Shown here: one piece after another, positions 46,627 through 57,176 of the stretch
Numbering within the stretch: the first letter of the stretch is position 1
How the letters are laid out: every line of letters starts with the position of its first letter
NCBI GenBank assembly: GCA_964435725.1
Contig: CAYTAJ010000002.1
Location: forward strand, 115-64,114
Source of the DNA: an uncultured Algimonas sp.
Lineage (GTDB): Bacteria; Pseudomonadota; Alphaproteobacteria; Caulobacterales; Maricaulaceae
Reading direction: 5' to 3'
DNA: 64,000 nucleotides
Notes under the pieces: model-generated
What the model was told of the DNA's origin: nothing
The model's database searches: none
The model's input: only the letters and a program-made list of their open reading frames with translations
Made by a program: the position numbers and the translations under genes

Positions 46627-47667
46627 CTAACTTGCGGGAGGCGTTGTAGATTCCCGAATGATGAGATCTAAATCAATCGTTTGAGGTTTTGAAGCTGTGT
46701 TCCCTTCATCTAATTTGTCTGAAGATAATAGTAATTTAGCGATATCACTTCCAACTTTCCGAATCGGAAAACGCACGGATGTCATAGGTGGCCAAAGACG
46801 AGACACAATTGGCGTATCGTCATATCCAACGACTGATAAGTCTTCCGGAATTCTGAGGTTGGCTTTTCGTGCAGCGGTGTAAATACCCACCGCCATTTCG
46901 TCATTACCTGCAAAAATGGCTGTGGGCCGGTCTTTCATTAAAAGGAGTTTGGTCGCGCATTTGACACCTGAATCATAGGTATAAGCCCCTTCCATTGTAT
47001 ATTTAGGCGCAAGTTTAAGGCCGAACTCCGCCAAACCATCGATGAATCCTGCGCGGCGTTGGCGCGCCGACATAAAAAGCTCAGGACCATGAATATGGGC
47101 AATTTTTGTGTGTCCTAATTGTGCTAGGTGTCTGGCTGCATATTTTGCCCCTTCGTAATCTGTCGTCATGAGTTGGTGGTCGGGATCTTCAAAGTCGACA
47201 GAAGCAATGCGTACAAAGTGACAATTCAGAGCTTTTAGCTTTTCGGACAGCTTGATGTCTTCGGATACAGAAGGAACAAAAATAAGTCCAAAGGGATTAT
47301 GTTGTTTCACGAAAGACAATATTTTTTCGTGATAGTCAGGATCAGACCGATTACAGGGACGCAGAACCAGTTGGTATCGTGTCCCTTTTAAGGCTTGCAA
47401 AATACCGTGTTGCATATTGGCAATATATTGTGGGCTCGGATTGTCATAGACTAAGCCGATTAGAAAAGATCGTCGAAATGCGAGGGCTTGTGCTTGCGGG
47501 TTAGGGACAAAACCTGTCTCTTCAATAATTTTCTTTATCTGGGTGCGCGTATTCTCTCTGACTGAAGGGGCGTTATTAATGACTCGCGACACAGTTTTTT
47601 TAGACACGCCGGCCATACGGGCGATGTCGTTAATTGTGATTGTTTCTTTACTGCGCTGCGTCGTCAT
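46627..47667 (-). CDS. LacI family transcriptional regulator
   Basis: TINDIARMAGVSKKTVSRVIN HTH, PNPQAQAL hinge, AIFAGNDEMA, DLSVVGYDD. Confidence 0.95.
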   Translation of the reverse strand: MTTQRSKETITINDIARMAGVSKKTVSRVINNAPSVRENTRTQIKKIIEETGFVPNPQAQALAFRRSFLIGLVYDNPSPQYIANMQHGILQALKGTRYQLVLRPCNRSDPDYHEKILSFVKQHNPFGLIFVPSVSEDIKLSEKLKALNCHFVRIASVDFEDPDHQLMTTDYEGAKYAARHLAQLGHTKIAHIHGPELFMSARQRRAGFIDGLAEFGLKLAPKYTMEGAYTYDSGVKCATKLLLMKDRPTAIFAGNDEMAVGIYTAARKANLRIPEDLSVVGYDDTPIVSRLWPPMTSVRFPIRKVGSDIAKLLLSSDKLDEGNTASKPQTIDLDLIIRESTTPPAS

Positions 47668-47772
47668 TGCTTAGAAGGTCGTATTATTCTTATACTTTAT
47701 CGCAGTCTTATCCTGACTTCACAATGTCATATAAAAGAAAAAAGAGATTAAATTTATCTGTTGGATTGCTAA

Positions 47773-47787
47773 ATGACACCGGTTACC
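47773..47787. promoter_or_regulatory. LacI-family operator copy 2
   Basis: ATGACACCGGTTACC between lacI and the hydratase gene. Confidence 0.75.
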
Positions 47788-47818
47788 TATAAAGGTTGTA
47801 AGACGACGACCTACATAA

Positions 47819-48625
47819 GTGGATGATATAGATATGACTCAGGGCTCTTCGGTATTACCGACAATCTCGCAGGTTTTTACAGACGCAAGACGAGACTCAG
47901 TAGGACTTCCTCAATACCCGGGGGATGTGCCGGCAAGTCTGGAGGAGGCTTACCGTATTCAAGATGAGGCTATTGATTTGTGGCCTCACAAGATTGCGGG
48001 TTGGAAAATAGGCGGCATTGGCCCGAGTTATCAGAGCGACCTGGGTGCGGCCAAACTTGCAGGCCCTGTCTTCGAAAATCAAATCTATCGTAGCGAAGCT
48101 GGCCAGGTGATTGAAATGCCCGTATTTGCAGAAGGTTTTGCGGCGATCGAGCCTGAAATTGTCTTCATTGTTGCTGAGGATGCGCCAGTTGACAAGACAG
48201 AGTGGACACAATCAGAGGCCGCTGAATATATTGGAAAAGTCTATATCGGTGTTGAAATCGCCAGCAGCCCTTTTCCGGCCATCAATGATATGGGGCCCTT
48301 GGTCACGATCTCCGATTTTGGCAATAATAACGGCCTCATCATTGGTGATGAGCTCTTAAATTGGAAAAACTCTGACCTGTCAGATTGGAGTGTGGAAACA
48401 ATTATTGAGGGTGAGAGTGTCGGTGTGACTTCGCCTCCGGGGCCGTTAGAGTCTTTCCGGTTCGTTCTCGAAAATACGGCACAGCGAGGCCGGCCCCTGA
48501 AAAAAGGCATGGCCATCACAACCGGTGCGATAACCGGTGTGCATCAAGCCTTTGCTGGGCAATCCAGTACAATCCACTGTACTCATGCAAGCGACATATC
48601 TCTTAAGCTTGTGCCATCAAAATAA
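47819..48625 (+). CDS. FAH-superfamily 2-keto-4-pentenoate hydratase-like protein
   Basis: AYRIQ, GWKIG, IEPEIVF, GVEIASS, SDFGNN, ITTGA motifs. Start GTG 47819 or ATG 47834. Confidence 0.8.
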   Translation: MDDIDMTQGSSVLPTISQVFTDARRDSVGLPQYPGDVPASLEEAYRIQDEAIDLWPHKIAGWKIGGIGPSYQSDLGAAKLAGPVFENQIYRSEAGQVIEMPVFAEGFAAIEPEIVFIVAEDAPVDKTEWTQSEAAEYIGKVYIGVEIASSPFPAINDMGPLVTISDFGNNNGLIIGDELLNWKNSDLSDWSVETIIEGESVGVTSPPGPLESFRFVLENTAQRGRPLKKGMAITTGAITGVHQAFAGQSSTIHCTHASDISLKLVPSK

Positions 48626-48664
48626 GACAGTGCTTTAAGGATAACCAATATAATAGGGAAAAAG

Positions 48665-50350
48665 ATGAGCCGATTTACAACACGTTTTTGTTCAGCACTT
48701 TTAATGGCAGGCACTAGTTTGGGGATAGGTTTCTCCTCTCTGGCGACGGACAAGCCGGACATTAAAATTTTGTCGAACCAAGATGTGATGTCTGAGCACT
48801 ATCTGCCGGATTATTCTTATGCGGGGTATAATAATGGCGTTGGCGAAATCCCTTTGCTTGAGGGACGTGTCATTGATGTTACAAAATATGGCGTTATCGC
48901 AGATGACGATATTGATGACTCAAAGGCATTGCAAAAAGCGCTTGAAGCCGCCCACAAAGCGCGCGGCCCTGTTATTGTTAAGTTCCCTCAAGGCAAGATC
49001 CTTATTTCTGAAATTCTTCGGATTAACCGGAGTAATATCGTTTTACGCGGAAGCGGGTCCGGCAAAAACGGCACAAACCTGCATTTCCCACGCCCTTTAC
49101 AGATGGTGGATGATAAGGGCTATTTTGAAGAAATACGGGAGTATTTAGTCAAATATGACAAACGCCAGCGCGAGAAATCTAAAAATATAGACGTCTTATT
49201 TTCTGAATATTCATGGACAGGCGGATTTATCTGGATTCAGAAAGAGGAAACGCGCGCGGCCTCTTATCTGGAGGAATTGGATCCGCCGATTGATGTCTTG
49301 GCGGGCGCCGTGAAGGGTGAAATTGGAACGCAATTTGTGACCGTTGAGAATAGTCGTAATCTAAAAGCCGGGGATGTCGTTGAACTACAATGGTTGAATC
49401 GTAAAGGCGAAAACGGCCCGTTTTTAAAAGAGCTTTATGGCGACACCGAGCTTAAAATTGGCTCGCACCATTGGACATTTGAAGAGCGTCCTTTGGTGCG
49501 TCAGAAAACAAAAATCTTGGCCATAGATGGGACGAGCGTAAAAATTAGCGATCCTCTCTTGCACAATATTACGGATGATGTTCCGGCGCAATTTGCGACA
49601 TGGGAGCATTTGGAAAATGTTGGGATTGAGGATTTAAGTCTTACTTTTCCAGACTCTCCGGCTTTCGGGCATCACATGGAGCGCGGCTATAATGGCATAT
49701 ATTTAACGAGCGTCTTTGATGGCTGGGTCAGGGATGTAAATTTTCACAATGCTGATGCGGGCATATTATCTTATAATAGCGCCAATGTAACGATGTCCGA
49801 TATTGAAACGACAGGCAATCGACGGGCGCATTACAGTGTTCATCTGGGCAATGTTCATAATGTTTTGGTTGAAAGGGTTCGGGTCAATAATCCTTCTGTG
49901 CATTCATTGACGGTCAATACGCAGTCGACGAAATGTGTTTTTAAAGAAGCTGTTGTGACCGCTACCCCTGTCCTGGATCAACATGCGGGCGCGAATCATC
50001 AGAACCTATTTGATAATATTACGGTCTTTGTCGACGCCAAGCGTGATAAGAAAAAGCCATATTACCCGATTTGGAATGGAAGTGGAGCGGGATACTGGCA
50101 GCCCGGGCATGGGCGTTTCAACACAACGTGGAATCTGAAAGTGAATGTTCAGGGGGGTGCGGACCGCGATGAAGTTGTGACCTTGGAAGGTTTGGCAGAG
50201 GGACCTGCGGCCCGTATTGTGGGTGTATCCGGAAATCGAGAATTTGAAGTCGATTACTACCCATCGCCATACGCAGAGCGAATAAATGTCGAGATGAGCG
50301 ATGTGCCATCTTTATATGATTATCAACTTCAAAAGCGTCTTTCGAGGTAA
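48665..50350 (+). CDS. secreted right-handed beta-helix glycan-active enzyme (pectate-lyase-3/GH28-related superfamily)
   Basis: Signal peptide, LPDYSYAGY, IDVTKYGV..DD..DDS.ALQKAL...G..VKFPQG...ILRG, and ENVGIEDL beta-helix entry motifs. Confidence 0.75.
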   Translation: MSRFTTRFCSALLMAGTSLGIGFSSLATDKPDIKILSNQDVMSEHYLPDYSYAGYNNGVGEIPLLEGRVIDVTKYGVIADDDIDDSKALQKALEAAHKARGPVIVKFPQGKILISEILRINRSNIVLRGSGSGKNGTNLHFPRPLQMVDDKGYFEEIREYLVKYDKRQREKSKNIDVLFSEYSWTGGFIWIQKEETRAASYLEELDPPIDVLAGAVKGEIGTQFVTVENSRNLKAGDVVELQWLNRKGENGPFLKELYGDTELKIGSHHWTFEERPLVRQKTKILAIDGTSVKISDPLLHNITDDVPAQFATWEHLENVGIEDLSLTFPDSPAFGHHMERGYNGIYLTSVFDGWVRDVNFHNADAGILSYNSANVTMSDIETTGNRRAHYSVHLGNVHNVLVERVRVNNPSVHSLTVNTQSTKCVFKEAVVTATPVLDQHAGANHQNLFDNITVFVDAKRDKKKPYYPIWNGSGAGYWQPGHGRFNTTWNLKVNVQGGADRDEVVTLEGLAEGPAARIVGVSGNREFEVDYYPSPYAERINVEMSDVPSLYDYQLQKRLSR

Positions 50351-50394
50351 GTGAGGAGGTGTGGCGTAAAGGCAACATAATATTATAAATGTAA

Positions 50395-50409
50395 ATTGGT
50401 CACACCAAT
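50395..50409. promoter_or_regulatory. GntR/FadR-type operator upstream of TonB receptor 1
   Basis: Perfect palindrome ATTGGT-CAC-ACCAAT, with a degenerate second copy at 50418. Confidence 0.8.
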
Positions 50410-50528
50410 ATATACTAATTGGTGGCCTCAATCGGTTGACTTGTAACTGTTTTGTTCTACTGATTGATTAAGTTAACCTTAGAATCCCGACACCAAATGA
50501 TCGGGAGCATCCATCCCAGGGGAGAAAA

Positions 50529-53495
50529 ATGATGCAAAAAAAATCTATTTTCGCAGCGACACTGGCTTCGGCGTCAGTACTCGCAATCAGTTCGGTCGCC
50601 ATTGCGCAAGACGCGGAACCGACCGATGAAGTTATCGCCGTCGGTATCCGGCAATCGCTAGAGAATGCTCTTGATGAAAAACGCGATGCCAACAGCCTTG
50701 TCGAAGTCATTTTAGCAGAAGATATTGGTAAGCTTCCTGACCAAAACCTTGCAGAAGTCCTCGAAAACGTAACAGGCATTCAGATCACGCGTACCGCCGG
50801 TGTGGGTACAGGTGTTCAAATTCGGGGTACGAATGACAACCGTGTAGAAATCAATGGTGTGTCAACTGTCGGATCTGGTTCCGGTCGTGTTGGTATTAGC
50901 TTTGAGGACGTAAACCCTGCAATCATCGCGGGTGTTGAAGTGATTAAAGCTCCGGAAGCGTCTACGATTGAAGGATCAGTCGGTGGTACGGTTAACCTTC
51001 GAACAATTCGCCCGCTTGATCTTAATGAAACATTGGCTTCAGTGCGTGTTCAGGGTGAATATAGTGAGTTGAGCACTGAGGGCATTAAGCCCCGCATTTC
51101 GGGTGCATTTGGTAAGGCATGGGCGAATAACTCTGGGCAAGAGATTGGCGTTGTTCTGAGCGGATCTTACACCGAGCAGGACGCTGTGTCATTCCGTCCT
51201 CGCTTAGATCTTGACCAGCTCAATGTTAGACCGGATGAGACGCCGAGCGAGTATCTTGGTCCACAATTCTTGCTGCAAGAGCAGGAAAATTTCGAATATG
51301 AAACGATTAACTTTGCGGGATCAATCGAAGCCAAACCGACTGATGGTGTGAAGCTTTACTTCGACGCTATCGTCAATGATCAGCAGCGTGCGCAAGATTC
51401 TTACCGTATACAGGCTTCGGGCGTAAGTTCGCTCCGTTCTGTTGCAGAGATTGATACGTTTGAAGAAGTTGATTTTGGATTCGCGAATACGCCGACAACA
51501 GTCGCTGTGTCTGGTCGAATTCCTGTGAATTTAGATGTTGATGATGATGATCCAAACTTACGGGCCTCTAGTGATACGGGCGCGCGTGTAACATTAAGTA
51601 ACTTGTTTGTATTAGGTGGTGAATGGGATGTCACGGATCGCCTTTCCCTTCGTGCGGAGTGGGCTAAATCTACCGCTGAAACGGAAAATCCGAATCTCAG
51701 CACAACAGTTAATTTCATTAACCCAAACACACCGCTTGATGGTGGTGCGACAGGCGATCCTAGCACGAGTAATGATAACTCAATTCCCTTCGTGTTTGAC
51801 CGATCGAATGAGTCGCTTTCATTCGGCATTGATTTTTCATCGCCCTTTGCGCCGACGGTTGCACAGCTTTTAGACCCTAATAACTATGTGTTGGACGATA
51901 TTCAGTTGGGCGCAAATACTACGGATAATAGCGAAGAGGCCATCCGTTTTGATGTCTCTTATGATTTTGAAGATAGTGCGTTTGGAGAATTCCTAAGTTC
52001 CGTTGATGCGGGTTACAGACGGAATGAGACCACAAGCGAGTTTAGGCGTGTAAATGGTCGCATTGGGGGCTTTAGTCGCCTGGAAGACAGTCCGAATGGT
52101 AGCTTGTTTAGCGAACTTCTTGTTCCTGGACCTGACAACTTTGGTGATGCCGATGGACGTGAGCTTTTTGTTGCGAATTTCCTCTTAATTGATCCAGATC
52201 GCGCCTTTAGTGACCCGGATGGAACACTCGCTATTCTTGAAAATGCTTTGGCTCAGCAGCGTATTCTCGAGCCACAGGCCGACGGGGAAACAGTATCTGA
52301 TTTGGCTTTAGACCAAGGCGCGTCTTACGCTGTTGAGGAAAAAACAGATGCCTTCTACGCGCAAGCCAATTTCGATTTTGGTATGGTTCGCGGCAATGTA
52401 GGTGCGAGATATATCGAAACTGATGTAGATTCGACTTCTTTTGTTCCTTCACCGACTGGCGGAGGGTCACTCGTCACAACGTCGGGCTCTTATGATTTCT
52501 TCTTACCGCGTGCCAACTTATTGGTTGAGGCAAGGGAAGATATCTTGCTCCGTGCGTCATATACTCAAGACGTACTTCGTCCAGGTTTCGGCAATATTAA
52601 CACTGCTGCGACATTCACTCAGAATGAAAATACTCCAATTACAATCGGTAATCCGGGGCTTGAGCCTTCTGTAACAGACTCATTCGATGTTTCGGCGGAA
52701 TGGTATTTTGCGCCTGCATCCCTGATAAGTATCGGCTATTTCAATAAAAAGCGTAATTCGACAATTAGTCAGATTACTGACGAGGCGGCGCTTAGCCCAG
52801 GTAACTCTGGGTCTGGATTGGTGCGCGAAACAGATCCGAATTGCCCTGGTGGTGGTATTTTTAACCCGGTTGCTTTTGCAAACCAGTTCCAAGTTGATGA
52901 TACAACAGGCTTCTGCGTGGATTTGGTAACGGTTGTTAATGAGCCAGCGTCTCTTTCTCAAGAGGGTATTGAGGTGTCTTTCCAACACACACTTAATGAC
53001 TATGAAGATAGTATGGGAAGCTTTGCTTGGGCGTCCGGTTTCGGTATCCTTGCGAACTACACTTATCAGAAATTTGGTGGTGGTTCTATTGTTGATGAAA
53101 CTGGCGGTCGCGGTTTGGCCACTTTGGGAGCTCAATCCCTCCCGCGTGGACTATTAGATAACTCCGAAAATGCTTACAACTTGACAGCATTTTATGAAAA
53201 ATATGGTTTGTCAGCGCGTGCGCGTTATACTTGGCGTGATCAATATCGCACATTAGACTTTGCTGGTGGTGCGAGTACAAACTCAACGTTCAGTTTCCCT
53301 GTTGTGAATGAGGCCCGTGGCCAGCTTAATGCGAGTGTGAACTATGACATTACAGATCAGTTCACGGTTGGTGTTGAAGGTGTGAATTTGACAAAGTCGA
53401 ACGTAGTTCAGCGCTGTGTCGCGGATACAGGACCAATCTGCTTTGTGGGTTATCCAGACCGTCGTATTGTTTTCAGCGGCAGCTATACTTTCTAA
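50529..53495 (+). CDS. TonB-dependent receptor 1
   Basis: Signal peptide, TonB box EVIAVG, plug motif LPDQNLAEVLENVTGIQI, C-terminal aromatic F. Confidence 0.95.
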   Translation: MMQKKSIFAATLASASVLAISSVAIAQDAEPTDEVIAVGIRQSLENALDEKRDANSLVEVILAEDIGKLPDQNLAEVLENVTGIQITRTAGVGTGVQIRGTNDNRVEINGVSTVGSGSGRVGISFEDVNPAIIAGVEVIKAPEASTIEGSVGGTVNLRTIRPLDLNETLASVRVQGEYSELSTEGIKPRISGAFGKAWANNSGQEIGVVLSGSYTEQDAVSFRPRLDLDQLNVRPDETPSEYLGPQFLLQEQENFEYETINFAGSIEAKPTDGVKLYFDAIVNDQQRAQDSYRIQASGVSSLRSVAEIDTFEEVDFGFANTPTTVAVSGRIPVNLDVDDDDPNLRASSDTGARVTLSNLFVLGGEWDVTDRLSLRAEWAKSTAETENPNLSTTVNFINPNTPLDGGATGDPSTSNDNSIPFVFDRSNESLSFGIDFSSPFAPTVAQLLDPNNYVLDDIQLGANTTDNSEEAIRFDVSYDFEDSAFGEFLSSVDAGYRRNETTSEFRRVNGRIGGFSRLEDSPNGSLFSELLVPGPDNFGDADGRELFVANFLLIDPDRAFSDPDGTLAILENALAQQRILEPQADGETVSDLALDQGASYAVEEKTDAFYAQANFDFGMVRGNVGARYIETDVDSTSFVPSPTGGGSLVTTSGSYDFFLPRANLLVEAREDILLRASYTQDVLRPGFGNINTAATFTQNENTPITIGNPGLEPSVTDSFDVSAEWYFAPASLISIGYFNKKRNSTISQITDEAALSPGNSGSGLVRETDPNCPGGGIFNPVAFANQFQVDDTTGFCVDLVTVVNEPASLSQEGIEVSFQHTLNDYEDSMGSFAWASGFGILANYTYQKFGGGSIVDETGGRGLATLGAQSLPRGLLDNSENAYNLTAFYEKYGLSARARYTWRDQYRTLDFAGGASTNSTFSFPVVNEARGQLNASVNYDITDQFTVGVEGVNLTKSNVVQRCVADTGPICFVGYPDRRIVFSGSYTF

Positions 53496-53517
53496 ACTCC
53501 GCTATAAGAAAAATTAT

Positions 53518-53547
53518 AAACCGTCCCGATCTTGGGGCGGTTTTTTT
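53518..53547 (+). terminator. intrinsic terminator after TonB receptor 1
   Basis: AAACCGTCCC-gatctt-GGGGCGGTTT followed by a T run. Confidence 0.8.
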
Positions 53548-53610
53548 ATGTAATAAGAAAATGTGAATTAGAAATAGTTACATTTAAGCCACACTCTGGT
53601 ATAAAATTGA

Positions 53611-53625
53611 ATTGGTTATACCAAT
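53611..53625. promoter_or_regulatory. GntR/FadR-type operator upstream of TonB receptor 2
   Basis: Perfect palindrome ATTGGT-TAT-ACCAAT. Confidence 0.8.
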
Positions 53626-53720
53626 GATAAAATATTGGTTCGTAAATCGTCTTGACATAGTGTCGGTGTTTGGTTCACACGCAGGTAACAAAAAGTTTAA
53701 TTTCAAAGGGGATCGGAAAT

Positions 53721-56700
53721 ATGCATCGTCATAGTTTTCATTTAAATCGTAAACGTACTATCAAAGGCTTCTTGCTTGGGGGCGTCTCTGTTTCAATGCT
53801 TGCATTGACGCAAACGGCTCTTGCTCAAGACGCTGATGTTGATGAAGTCGTGGCCACAGGCACGCGTCAAGTGATTCAAGACTCACTCGCGCTCAAGCGC
53901 AATAATGTCCAAATCGTTGATGGTCTGTCCGCTGATGAAATTGGCGACATTCCTGCACTTTCAATTGGTGAAGCTCTAGAAACTGTAACGGGTGTTGCAT
54001 CCCATCGTGAAAACGGCGGTGCAACAGAAGTCTCTATTCGTGGTCTGGGGCCATATCTTTCTTCGACAACAATCAACGGGCGAATCGTTGGTAATGGCTC
54101 GGGTGACCGCTCGGTCAACTTCTCGCAGTTCCCATCTGAATTAATGAATAAGCTCGCCGTGTTTAAAACGCAGGACGCTAGTCAAATCGAAGGTGGTGTG
54201 GCTGGTCAAATCCAGATTGAAACGCTTAAGCCTCTTGAGTTTGGTAAGCGTCGTATTCAGTTTGATGTTAAAGGTAATATCAACCCTGATCAGCTCAACC
54301 AAGATGATACACAGGTTGGTGATATTGGGTATCGCGGAACAGTAAGTTATGTGGACCAATATGAAGTAAAAGGCTTAGGTGATATTGGTATCTCTGTGGG
54401 TGGCCAAATCAGTAAGATTTCCCAGCCTGAAGCAGAAATTCGTTCTACATCAAACTCAGGTTCCTCAAGTTTCGCCTGTATCGTAAATCGAACCAGTGTT
54501 GATCCTATTGGAATAGGTTTTTCAAATAATCCAATCGAGAATGACCGTGATTGTGAGGATTATCGTGCGCCAAGTAGCCTAGGTGGCGATGTTAACAATA
54601 TCGGGCTTCCGACAAATATCGGAGAACTCCAAGACGGAGACTCGGTTGGTTATGGTACTATTGATAGCGATGATGCCGCGATATTGAATGGAATCAATTT
54701 TAATGCGCCTTTCGTCTTGGTGCCAAGTCAGCGTCATTTCCGTCAGAATGACACGGAAGACTCACGTGATTCCTTATTTGGTGCCGTGCAGTGGCAGCCA
54801 AATGACCGTCTTGATATCAATGTTGATGCTCAGTGGTCTGAACGTATACAGTCAGAGGAACGCAATGATTTAACATTCAATGGTTGGAAGAGAAATGAGC
54901 AGGGGTTGGGCGGACTGCCAAACTATGAAGGGGCGGGTCTTGATGATCCGGCATCAGTAGATTTGCTTCAGTTTACGCCTAGTGGTGCTATTACGCAAGC
55001 TTTCACCGATAATACAGTCGAGGTGCAAGGTGGTAATTGGCAACGTAAAGAGACCTTTATTGGTGGCGGTATCGGCGGTTCTTATGACGTAAGTGATAGG
55101 CTGACTTTGTCTGCTGATCTTTCATATTCTAAAGTTGAGAGAAACGAGCAAGCGATTGAATTCCGCATTCAGTCTGATGCGACGCCAACGATCGAGTTTA
55201 ATACTTCAACCGGCATTCCGTTATATACGCTTTATGACGGCGAATTTGATGTAAATAATCATGACAATTTTGTTGATCGTCTTCGTGTTAGAATTGATAA
55301 CGATCTAGAGCGTGAAAATTCATTTACGGCGGCTCGTTTTGATGTTGACTACGAATTAGGTGGAAACTTCTTTACGAGTGTTGAAGCGGGTATTCGTTTT
55401 GCACGCCAAGATTATCTTTCTACGCCAGGTGGATCAGATACATCAGATCCACTAAGTAGCGTGAATGGACGATTGTCGTTTGAAATCGAAAATGATGGTG
55501 AGTTGACTGTTAATAACCGGGAAATTCTTGACGACTCAAATGAAGGTAGTGATGAGCCGGCATTTGCAGAACAACTCGCACTTCAGAATGACCTTATTGC
55601 AATAATTGGCTCTACTAATCAGGCTTGTCGCGAGTCATTCCCTGAATCGGATTTTCTTTCAAACCTACGTGGCGACAATAATCTCGTAACAAATGTTGAT
55701 GTGGACGGTAATGTAATTAGTGCCACAAACAGCTGGGGTGTGTTTAATGCTCAGTGTGTTGCAGAAACATCAGTGAATTCTCTGAATGCGATTCTTGATG
55801 CAATTAATGCGTATTCCACAAACCCTGACGCGACTGAAAATAGTTTTGGTGGAGTCTTAGGGGCGTTTTCAACGGGTATTCCTAGCCTTGATAGAGATAA
55901 TTCAAGGACAATAAATGTTCAGGAAGATACTTTGGCATTATATGCAATGGCAAATTACGACACGACGTTTGATGGTCTGCCATTACGTGGTAATGTTGGC
56001 CTTCGTGTTGTAAATACTGAGGTCACGTCAAGTAGTTTCCGCCAGGGATATGAAATATCTGGAGATGCTAGCAGCGGCTTCACGATTGCTGAGGTGGGTG
56101 ATCCCGTTCCTGTTAGTACAACATCAGATTATACAACCTTCTTGCCAAGTCTGACGGCAATTTTGGATGTTGCAGATGACAAACTGGTGCGTTTTGGCGC
56201 ATTCCGTGCTATTTCACGAGCTGACCCGGATGATCTGGGCTTTAGTCGTAGTTTCGGTATTGTGGGTGCTGAAGAAGGAGAGGTTATAACCAATCCAAAT
56301 GATCTTCTTGTTCTAAATAGTGCAGGCGGAACGCCAAATATTGGCCCTTTAACATCTTGGAATGTTGATCTCGGTTTTGAATGGTATCCGAATGAAGATT
56401 CTATCTTTGCTGTGAGTACTTACTACAAACAATTCCAAGGGGCTTTTGAGAACGTCATTCAGAATGAGACCTTTGAAATTGACGGTCAAGACATTACGCT
56501 TCCTGTGAGTGGTCTTCAAGAAGTCAGCCCTGAGGAGAGTGATTTATGGGGTGTGGAAATTACCGCGTCGCATAGATTTAGCTATCTTCCGGGGTATTTG
56601 AGTGGTCTTGGTGTAAAGGCGAGCTATAATCACGTAACATCTGATTTTGAATTCGAAGATAGTATCTACGGTGATCGTTTCACACGTCAGCTTGATGGAA

Positions 56701-57062
56701 CACTTGTTCAAACTCATGAAGGGATTGTAGCACCAGGTAGTTTGCCTGGATTGTCCGAAAATGTCTTTAGTGGGACTGTCTATTATCAAATTGGTGATTT
56801 AGATCTGTCAGCTATCTACAAGTATCGTGATAATTATTTCCAACCGTTTACATCAGATGGAACGCGATTGCGTTATGTTGGTGACGTCGGTGTTTTGGAA
56901 GCTCGCGCTGCTTATAAGATTAATGATAATTTCCGCATCTCTGTGGAAGCTATTAATTTGCTGGACGCAGAAAAAGAGCAGTTCCAGTGGGTTCAGGATA
57001 ATCAGTATGAAGTCAATTCATACGGTCCACGTATCTTCTTTGGTGTTCGTGGCCGCTTCTAA
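53721..57062 (+). CDS. TonB-dependent receptor 2
   Basis: TonB box EVVATG, plug IPALSIGEALETVTGV, C-terminal FGVRGRF. ATG 53721 preferred over the track TTG 53670. Confidence 0.95.
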   Translation: MHRHSFHLNRKRTIKGFLLGGVSVSMLALTQTALAQDADVDEVVATGTRQVIQDSLALKRNNVQIVDGLSADEIGDIPALSIGEALETVTGVASHRENGGATEVSIRGLGPYLSSTTINGRIVGNGSGDRSVNFSQFPSELMNKLAVFKTQDASQIEGGVAGQIQIETLKPLEFGKRRIQFDVKGNINPDQLNQDDTQVGDIGYRGTVSYVDQYEVKGLGDIGISVGGQISKISQPEAEIRSTSNSGSSSFACIVNRTSVDPIGIGFSNNPIENDRDCEDYRAPSSLGGDVNNIGLPTNIGELQDGDSVGYGTIDSDDAAILNGINFNAPFVLVPSQRHFRQNDTEDSRDSLFGAVQWQPNDRLDINVDAQWSERIQSEERNDLTFNGWKRNEQGLGGLPNYEGAGLDDPASVDLLQFTPSGAITQAFTDNTVEVQGGNWQRKETFIGGGIGGSYDVSDRLTLSADLSYSKVERNEQAIEFRIQSDATPTIEFNTSTGIPLYTLYDGEFDVNNHDNFVDRLRVRIDNDLERENSFTAARFDVDYELGGNFFTSVEAGIRFARQDYLSTPGGSDTSDPLSSVNGRLSFEIENDGELTVNNREILDDSNEGSDEPAFAEQLALQNDLIAIIGSTNQACRESFPESDFLSNLRGDNNLVTNVDVDGNVISATNSWGVFNAQCVAETSVNSLNAILDAINAYSTNPDATENSFGGVLGAFSTGIPSLDRDNSRTINVQEDTLALYAMANYDTTFDGLPLRGNVGLRVVNTEVTSSSFRQGYEISGDASSGFTIAEVGDPVPVSTTSDYTTFLPSLTAILDVADDKLVRFGAFRAISRADPDDLGFSRSFGIVGAEEGEVITNPNDLLVLNSAGGTPNIGPLTSWNVDLGFEWYPNEDSIFAVSTYYKQFQGAFENVIQNETFEIDGQDITLPVSGLQEVSPEESDLWGVEITASHRFSYLPGYLSGLGVKASYNHVTSDFEFEDSIYGDRFTRQLDGTLVQTHEGIVAPGSLPGLSENVFSGTVYYQIGDLDLSAIYKYRDNYFQPFTSDGTRLRYVGDVGVLEARAAYKINDNFRISVEAINLLDAEKEQFQWVQDNQYEVNSYGPRIFFGVRGRF

Positions 57063-57084
57063 ACTATAAAATTTCTGACTGATT

Positions 57085-57122
57085 GCCCAGCTTTCGAAAA
57101 TTCGAAAGTTGGGCTTTTTTTT
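57085..57122 (+). terminator. intrinsic terminator after TonB receptor 2
   Basis: GCCCAGCTTTCGAA-aa-TTCGAAAGTTGGGC followed by a long T run. Confidence 0.85.
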
Positions 57123-57130
57123 TGTTTTAA

Positions 57131-57145
57131 ATTGGTCTAGGCAAT
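57131..57145. promoter_or_regulatory. GntR/FadR-type operator upstream of the gntR gene (autoregulation)
   Basis: ATTGGT-CTA-GGCAAT, a near-palindrome of the same motif. Further half-sites at 57164, 57936, 57949 and 57962. Confidence 0.65.
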
Positions 57146-57176
57146 AGTGGGGAACTAAAAAACATTGGTATAGATT

